A stretch of DNA of 64,000 nt, from positions 36,394,001-36,458,000 of the forward strand of contig OZ231126.1 of NCBI GenBank assembly GCA_965153355.1, read 5' to 3'. The notes below the pieces were generated by a model. The model worked only from the letters and a program-made list of their open reading frames with translations, ran no database searches and was not told the DNA's origin. Source of the stretch: Flaccisagitta enflata. Taxonomy: Eukaryota. Positions 56,438-64,000 of this stretch are shown one piece after another (position 1 is the stretch's first letter; the number at the start of each line of letters is the position of its first letter). The translations under genes were made by a program, and so were the position numbers.

Positions 56438-57563
56438 GGCCTGTTGGTCTAGAGGTATGATTCTCGCTTCGGGTGCGAGAGGTCCCGGGTTCGATTCCCG
56501 GACAGGCCCAGCCTTACCCCCTTGTTTTTGATTGAGCTGAAGAGTGAGTGGAAATGTGATGGTGTGTTTTGTGGCCCAACACCAACTGGCCTGTTGGTCT
56601 AGAGGTATGATTCTCGCTTCGGGTGCGAGAGGTCCCGGGTTCGATTCCCGGACAGGCCCAGCCTTACCCCCTTCTTTTTGATTGAGCTGCAGAGTGAGTG
56701 GAAATGTGATAGTAAGGTGTGTTTGTGGCCAGAGCATAACTGGCCTGTTGGTCTAGAGGTATGATTCTCGCTTCGGGTGCGAGAGGTCCCGGGTTCGATT
56801 CCCGGACAGGCCCAGCCTTACCCCCTTGTTTTTGATTGAGCTGAAGAGTGAGTGGAAATGTGATGGTGTGTTTTGTGGCCCAACACCAACTGGCCTGTTG
56901 GTCTAGAGGTATGATTCTCGCTTCGGGTGCGAGAGGTCCCGGGTTCGATTCCCGGACAGGCCCAGCCTTACCCCCTTGTTTTTGATTGAGCTGAAGAGTG
57001 AGTGGAAATGTGATGGTGTGTTTTGTGGCCCAACACCAACTGGCCTGTTGGTCTAGAGGTATGATTCTCGCTTCGGGTGCGAGAGGTCCCGGGTTCGATT
57101 CCCGGACAGGCCCAGCCTTACCCCCTTGTTTTTGATTGAGCTGAAGAGTGAGTGGAAATGTGATGGTGTGTTTTGTGGCCCAACACCAACTGGCCTGTTG
57201 GTCTAGAGGTATGATTCTCGCTTCGGGTGCGAGAGGTCCCGGGTTCGATTCCCGGACAGGCCCAGCCTTACCCCCTTGTTTTTGATTGAGCTGAAGAGTG
57301 AGTGGAAATGTGATGGTGTGTTTTGTGGCCCAACACCAACTGGCCTGTTGGTCTAGAGGTATGATTCTCGCTTCGGGTGCGAGAGGTCCCGGGTTCGATT
57401 CCCGGACAGGCCCAGCCTTACCCCCTTGTTTTTGATTGAGCTGAAGAGTGAGTGGAAATGTGATAGTGTGTTTTGTGGCCAAACACCAACTGGCCTGTTG
57501 GTCTAGAGGTATGATTCTCGCTTCGGGTGCGAGAGGTCCCGGGTTCGATTCCCGGACAGGCCC
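56438..57563 (+). tRNA. tRNA-Pro: run of eight consensus tRNA-Pro(CGG) copies (starts 56438, 56588, 56742, 56892, 57042, 57192, 57342, 57492)
   Basis: Identical 72-nt genes at ~150-bp spacing. Confidence 0.92.
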
Positions 57564-60500
57564 AGCCTTACCCCCTTCTTTTTGATTGAGCTGCAGAGTG
57601 AGTGGAAATGTGATAGTGTGTTTTGTGGCCAAACACCAACTGGCCTGTTGGTCTAGAGGTATGATTCTCACGTCGGGTGGGAGAGGTCCCGGGTTTGATT
57701 CCCGGACAGGCCCAGCCTTACCCCCTTCTCTTTGATTGAGCTGCAGAGTGAGTGGAAATCTGATAGTGTGTTTTGTGGCCAAACACCAACTGGCCTGTTG
57801 GTCTAGAGGTATGATTCTCGCTTCGGGTGCAAGAGGTCCCGGGTTCGATTCCCGGACAGGCCCAGCCTTACCCCCTTCTCTTTGATTGAGCTGCAGAGTG
57901 AGTGGAAATATGATAGTATGTTTTGTGGCCAAACACCAACTGGCCTCTTGGTCTAGAGGTATGATTCTCGCTTCGGGTGCGAGAAGTCCCGGGTTCCATT
58001 CCCAGACAGGCCCAGCCTTACCCCCTTCTTTTTGATTGAGCTGAAGAGTGAGTGGAAATGTGAAAGTGTGTATTGTGGCCAAACACTAACTGGCCTGTTG
58101 GTCTAGAGGTATGATTCTTGCTTTGGGTGCGAGAGGTCCCGGGTTCGATTCCCAGACAGGCCCAGCCTTACCCGCTTCTTTTTGATTGAGCTGCAGAGTG
58201 AGTGGAAATCTGATAGTGTGTTTTGTGGCCAAACACCAACTGGCCTGTTGGTCTAGAGGTATGATTCTCGCTTCGGGTGCGAGAGGTCCCGGGTTCGATT
58301 CCCGGACAGGCCCAGCCTTACCCCCTTCTTTTTGATTGAGCTGCAGAGTGAGTGGAAATTGATAGTGTGTTTGTGGCCAAACACCAACTGGCCTGTTGGT
58401 CTAGAAGAACATTCTGCCGTGTGCGGGGTCCGGGTTCAATTGGACAGGCCCAGCCACCCCTTCTTTTTGATTGAGCTGCAGAGTGAGTGGAAATGTGATG
58501 GTGTGTTTTGTGGCCCAACACCAACTGGCCTGTTGGTCTAGAGGTATGATTCTCGCTTCGGGTGCGAGAGGTCCCGGGTTCGATTCCCGGACAGGCCCAG
58601 CCTTACCCCCTTCTTTTTGATTGAGCTGAAGAGTGAGTGGAAATGTGATGGTGTGTTTTGTGGCCCAACACCAACTGGCCTGTTGGTATCAGGTATGATT
58701 CTCGCCCGGGTGCGAGGGGTCTAGGGTTCGATTCGGACAGGCCCTTACCCCTTCTTTTTGATTGAGCTGAAGAGTGAGTGGAAATGTGATAGTGTGTTTT
58801 GTGGCCAAACACCAGCTGGCCTGTTGGTCTAGAGGTATGATTCTCGCTTCGGGTGCGGGAGGTCCGGGTTTGATTCTGGACAGGCTGCCTTACCCCTTCT
58901 TTTTGATTGAGCTGCAGAGTGAGTGAAAATGTGATAGTGTGTTTTGTGGCCAAACACCAACTGGCCTGTTGGTCTAGAGGTATGATTCTCGCTTCGGGTG
59001 CGGGAGGTCCCGGATTTGATTCCCGGACAGGCCCAGCCTTACCCCCTTCTTTTTGATTGAGCTGCAGAGTGAGTGGAAATCTGATAGTGTGTATTGTGGC
59101 CAAACACCAACTGGCCTGTTGGTCTAGAGGTATGATTCTCGCTTCGGGTGCGAGAGGTCCCGGGTTCGATTCCCGGACAGGCCCAGCCCAACCCCCTGCT
59201 TTTTGATTGAGCTGCAGAGTGAGTGGAAATGTGATAGTGTGTTTTGTGGCCAAACACCAACTGGCCTGTTGGTCTAGAGGTATGATTCTCGCTTCGGGTG
59301 CGAGAGGTCCCGGGTTCGATTCCCGGACAGGCCCAGCCTTACCCCCTTCTTTTTGATTGAGCTGCAGAGTGAGTGGAAATGTGATAGTGTGTTTTGTGGC
59401 CAAACACCAACTGGCCTGTTGGTCTAGAGGTATGATTCTCACGTCGGGTGCGAGAGGTCCCGGGTTTGATTCCCGGACAGGCCCAGCCTTACCCCCTTCT
59501 TTTTGATTGAGCTGCAGAGTGAGTGGAAATGTGATAGTGTGTTTTGTGGCCAAACACCAACTGGCCTGTTGGTCTAGAGGTATGATTCTCGCTTCGGGTG
59601 CGAGAGGTCCCGGGTTTGATTCCCGGACAGGCCCAGCCTTACCCCCTTCTTTTTGATTGAGCTGCAGAGTGAGTGGAAATGTGATAGTGTGTTTTGTGGC
59701 CAAACACCAACTGGCCTGTTGGTCTAGAGGTATGATTCTCGCTTTGGGTGCGAGAGGTCCCGGGTTCCATTCCCGGACAGGCCCAGCCTTACCCCCTTCT
59801 TTTTGATTGAGCTGCAGAGTGAGTGGAAATGTGATAGTGTGTTTTGTGGCCAAACACCAACTGGCCTGTTGGTCTAGAGGTATGATTCTCGCTTCGGGTG
59901 CGAGAGGTCCCGGGTTTGATTCCCGGACAGGCCCAGCCTTACCCCCTTCTTTTTGATTGAGCTGCAGAGTGAGTGGAAATGTGATAGTGTGTTTTGTGGC
60001 CAAACACCAACTGGCCTGTTGGTCTAGAGGTATGATTCTCGCTTCGGGTGCGAGAGGTCCCGGGTTCGATTCCCGGACAGGCCCAGCCTTACCCCCTTCT
60101 CTTTGATTGAGCTGCAGAGTGAGTGGAAATGTGATAGTGTGTTTTGTGACCAAACACCAACTGAACTGTTGGTCTAGAAGTATGATTCTCGCTTCGGGTG
60201 CGAGAGGTCCCGGGTTCGATACCCAGACAGGCCCAGCCTTACCCCCTTCTTTTTGATTGAGCTGCAGAGTGAGTGGAAATGTGATAGTGTGTTTTGTGGC
60301 CAAACTCCAACTGGCCTGTTGGTCTAGAGGTATGATTCTCGCTTCGGGTGCGAGAGGTCCCGGGTTCGATTCCCGGACAGGCCCAGCCTTACCCCCTTCT
60401 CTTTGATTGAGCTGCAGAGTGAGTGGAAATGTGATAGTGTGTTTTGTGGCCAAACACCAACTGGCCTGTTGGTCTAGAGGTATGATTCTCGCTTCGGGTG

Positions 60501-61346
60501 CGAGAGGTCCCGGGTTTGATTCCCGGACAGGCCCATCCTTACCCCTTCTTTTTGATTGAGCTGCAGAGTGAGTGGAAATGTGATAGTGTGTTTTGTGGCC
60601 AAACACCAACTGGCCTGTTGGTCTAGAGGTATGATTCTCGCTTCGGGTGCGAGAGGTCCCGGGTTCGATTCCCGGACAGGCCCAGCCTTACCCCCTTCTT
60701 TTTGATTGAGCTGCAGAGTGAGTGGAAATGTGATAGTGTGTTTTGTGGCCTGTTGGTCTAGAGGTATGATTCTCGCTTCGGGTGCGAGAGGTCCCGGGTT
60801 CGATTCCCGGACAGGCCCAGCCTTACCCCCTTCTTTTTGATTGAGCTGCAGAGTGAGTGGAAATGTGATAGTGTGTTTTGTGGCCAAACACCAACTGGCC
60901 TGTTGGTCTAGAGGTATGATTCTCGCTTCGGGTGCGAGAGGTCCCGGGTTCGATTCCCGGACAGGCCCAGCCTTACCCCCTTCTTTTTGATTGAGCTGCA
61001 GAGTGAGTGGAAATGTGATAGTGTGTTTTGTGGCCAAACACCAACTGGCCTGTTGGTCTAGAGGTATGATTCTCGCTTCGGGTGCGAGAGGTCCCGGGTT
61101 TGATTCCCGGACAGGCCCAGCCTTACCCCCTTCTTTTTGATTGAGCTGCAGAGTGAGTGGAAATGTGATAGTGTGTTTTGTGGCCAAACACCAACTGGCC
61201 TGTTGGTCTAGAGGTATGATTCTCGCTTCGGGTGCGAGAGGTCCCGGGTTTGATTCCCGGACAGGCCCAGCCTTACCCCCTTCTTTTTGATTGAGCTGCA
61301 GAGTGAGTGGAAAATTGATAGTGTGTTTTGTGGCCAAACACCAACT

Positions 61347-61418
61347 GGCCTGTTGGTCTAGAGGTATGATTCTCGCTTTGGGTGCGAGAGGTCCCGGGTT
61401 CGATTCCCGGACAGGCCC
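61347..61418 (+). tRNA. tRNA-Pro: tRNA-Pro(TGG) anticodon-shifted copy
   Basis: CTCGC-TTTGGGT-GCGAG, otherwise consensus. Confidence 0.8.
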
Positions 61419-63101
61419 AGCCTTACCCCCTTCTTTTTGATTGAGCTGAAGAGTGAGTGGAAATGTGATAGTGTGTTTTGTGGCCAAACACCAACTGGCC
61501 TGTTGGTCTAGAGGTATGATTCTCGCTTCGGGTGCGAGAGGTCCCGGGTTCGATTCCCGGACAGGCCCAGCCTTACCCCCTTCTTTTTGATTGAGCTGCA
61601 GAGTGAGTGGAAATGTGATAGTGTGTTTTGTGGCCAAACACCAACTGGCCTGTTGGTCTAGAGGTATGATTCTCAGCCGGGTGCGAGAGGTCCCGGGTTC
61701 GATTCCCGGACAGGCCCAGCCTTACCCCCTTCTCTTTGATTGAGCTGCAGAGTGAGTGGAAATGTGATAGTGTGTTTTGTGACCAAACACCAACTGAACT
61801 GTTGGTCTAGAAGTATGATTCTCGCTTCGGGTGCGAGAGGTCCCGGGTTCGATACCCAGACAGGCCCAGCCTTACCCCCTTCTTTTTGATTGAGCTGCAG
61901 AGTGAGTGGAAATGTGATAGTGTGTTTTGTGGCCAAACACCAACTGGCCTGTTGGTCTAGAGGTATGATTCTCGCTTCGGGTATGAGAGGTCCCGGGTTC
62001 GATTCCTGGACAGGCCCAGCCTTACCCCCTTCTTTTTGATTGAGCTGCAGAGTGAGTGGAAATGTGATAGTGTGTTTTGTGGCCAAACACCAACTGGCCT
62101 GTTGGTCTAGAGGTATGATTCCTGCTTCGGGTGCGAGAGTTCGATTCCCGGACAGGCCCAGCCTTACCCCCTTCTTTTTGATTGAGCTGAAGAGTGAGTG
62201 GAAATGTGATGGTGTGTTTTGTGGCCCAACACCAACTGGCCTGTTGGTCTAGAGGTATGATTCTCGCTTCGGGTGCGAGAGGTCCCGGGTTCGATTCCCG
62301 GACAGGCCCAGCCTTACCCCCTTCTTTTTGATTGAGCTACAGAGTGAGTGGAAATGTGATAGTGTGTTTTGTGGCCAAACACCAACTGGCCTGTTGGTCT
62401 AGAGGTATGATTCTCGCTACGGGTACGAGAGGTCCCGGGTTCGATTCCCGGATAGGCCCAGCCTTACCCCCTTCTTTTTGATTGAGCTGCAGAGTGAGTG
62501 GAAATATGATAGTGTGTTTTGTGGCCAAACACCAACTGGCCTGTTGGTCTAGAGGTATGATTCTCGCCCCAGTGCGAGAGGTCCGGGTTCGATTACGGAC
62601 AGGCCCAGCCTTACCCCCTTCTTTTTGATTGAGCTGCAGAGTGAGTGGAAATGTGATAGTGTGTTTTGTGGCCAAACAACAACTGGCATGTTGGTCTAGA
62701 GGTATGATTCTCGCTTCGGGTGCGAGAGGTCCTGGGTTCGATTCCCGGACAGGCCCAGCCTTAACCCCTTCTTTTTGATTGAGCTGCAGAGTGAGTGGAA
62801 ATGTGATAGTGTGTTTTGTGGCCAAACACCAACTGGCCTGTTGGTCTAGAGGTATGATTCTCGCTTCGTGCGCGAGAGGTCCCGGGTTCAATTCCCGGAC
62901 ATGCCCAGCCTTACCCCCTTCTTTTTGATTAAGCTGAAGAGTGAGTGGAAATCTTATAGTGTCAGGCCCAGTGACAGGCCCAGCCTTACCCCCTTCTTTT
63001 TGATTGAGCTGAAGAGTGAGTGGAAATGTGATAGTGTGTTTTGTAACCAAGCACCAACTGGCCTGTTGGTCTAGAGGTATGATTCTCGCTTCGGGTGCGA
63101 G

Positions 63102-64000
63102 CAGGCCTGAGCAATTGTATTGGGTATTGGTATTGGGTTTACAATATTCTTGTATATTTGGGTTTCCCAATACACATAACTAATTTTGTATTATTAACAA
63201 AACAATACAATACTAAACAATACATAAAAAAAAATGATCAAGAGAAAAACGACATATATTTTGATATCTAATACATCCTCAGGTGATTTGTTTTTCTCTA
63301 ACATTGGGATCAATACTACAATTTTTAAGTTTGAGAATTTGGGGTTGACATAAGATATTTCAAGACTGTTGTTTCAGGAAGGAAAGAGTTTCAGTTGCGT
63401 GCTATTTTTGGTACATGGGGAGTATGAGAAGGTGCCCAGATGGCTATGGTCTCCTTTGGTCCGCCATATTTATCAGATGTTTTCTTGTAGTCTACATACA
63501 CTGTCTTCGGATCGGACTGTAAAATGCAAAACCTTTATAGCTCCCAAACCATTTGAAAAAAAATCATGAAATTTTTAGTGAATTTTGGAAACATGTGACG
63601 GTTTTTGCCTGTCAAAGCTCAGATCATAGTATAAAAAGGTGAGGGAGATAAAATATTGAAAGAAAACCCATTTTTTAATCAAGATCAATTTTTCCCCCAT
63701 TTCCATAGGTAGGAGTTGTCTTTGTCTGCTTGAAATTGCTTTGCATTTCAACAAAAACTTTAGGATTTTTTTTTGGCGACAGATTTTAACCATATGTTAT
63801 CTATTTGCTGCATAATCTGAAAAAAAAACAGGACCTTCCTAAAAAAAACATGTAGCAAAAACAATTTTTCTTAAAAAATATGTTCTTTCAATATTTTGTT
63901 TTCCCCTCACCTTTTCCATAATATGATCTGAGCTTTGACATGCAAAAACCGTCACATATTACTAATATTCACTGTAAATTTCAGGACTTTTTTCCAAGTG
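63102..64000. mobile_element. DNA-transposon-derived sequence truncating the last tRNA copy, including an inverted repeat at ~63570-63980
   Basis: CAGGCCTGAGCAATTGTATTGGG start; ATGTGACGGTTTTTGC..AGCTCAGATCATA has its reverse complement at 63920-63957. Confidence 0.5.

Larger units (their letters stand above)
46622..63101 (+). tRNA. tRNA-Pro: tandem array of ~95-100 tRNA-Pro(CGG) genes and pseudogenes, 150-bp unit
   Basis: Unit contains GGCCTGTTGGTCTAGAGGTATGATTCTCGCTTCGGGTGCGAGAGGTCCCGGGTTCGATTCCCGGACAGGCCC (72 nt; A box, B box, anticodon arm CTCGC-TTCGGGT-GCGAG), then TTTTT about 15 nt downstream. Copy number is estimated from length. Confidence 0.95.

Noticed and set aside
56536-56555. 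Hammerhead-like CTGAAGAG..GAAA in spacer variants
   Set aside because: The consensus is CTGCAGA, stem II cannot close (G..G), and no stem I partner is found.
46622-63101. CRISPR-like appearance of the array
   Set aside because: Spacers are the same sequence rather than unique, the repeat is a tRNA, there are no cas genes, and the context is eukaryotic.
46622-63101. tRNA-derived SINE interpretation
   Set aside because: Full cloverleaf with immediate terminator; no body, tail or TSD; strictly tandem.
55919-63170. Long minus-strand ORFs (272-668 aa) with a 50-aa repeat
   Set aside because: By-product of a 150-bp (multiple of 3) unit lacking stops in one antisense frame; the sense strand is a canonical tRNA.

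Overview
AT-rich, intron-containing, repeat-dense eukaryotic DNA, most likely from an invertebrate animal (inference). Two convergent genes can be reconstructed by hand from GT-AG exons with compatible phases. On +, the 3' half of an MFS transporter of the HIAT1/MFSD14 family (exons 3619-12125). On -, a large Glu/Arg-rich coiled-coil gene resembling KIAA2012/DUF4670 (firm exons 41095 to 20896, 5' exons unresolved). Introns and the intergenic region hold a decayed hAT-like transposase, many MITEs (TA, 8-bp and 5-bp TSDs), DINE-1/Helentron-like non-autonomous elements and long microsatellites. The dominant feature is a ~16.5-kb tandem array (46622-63101) of about 95-100 copies (length-based estimate) of a 150-bp unit. 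Each unit carries a complete tRNA-Pro(CGG) gene plus a Pol III terminator. The array shows anticodon-shifted copies, CpG-type mutations, a higher-order duplication, a MITE insertion and an inverted block. Its left half is indel-rich and may partly reflect unpolished long-read error.
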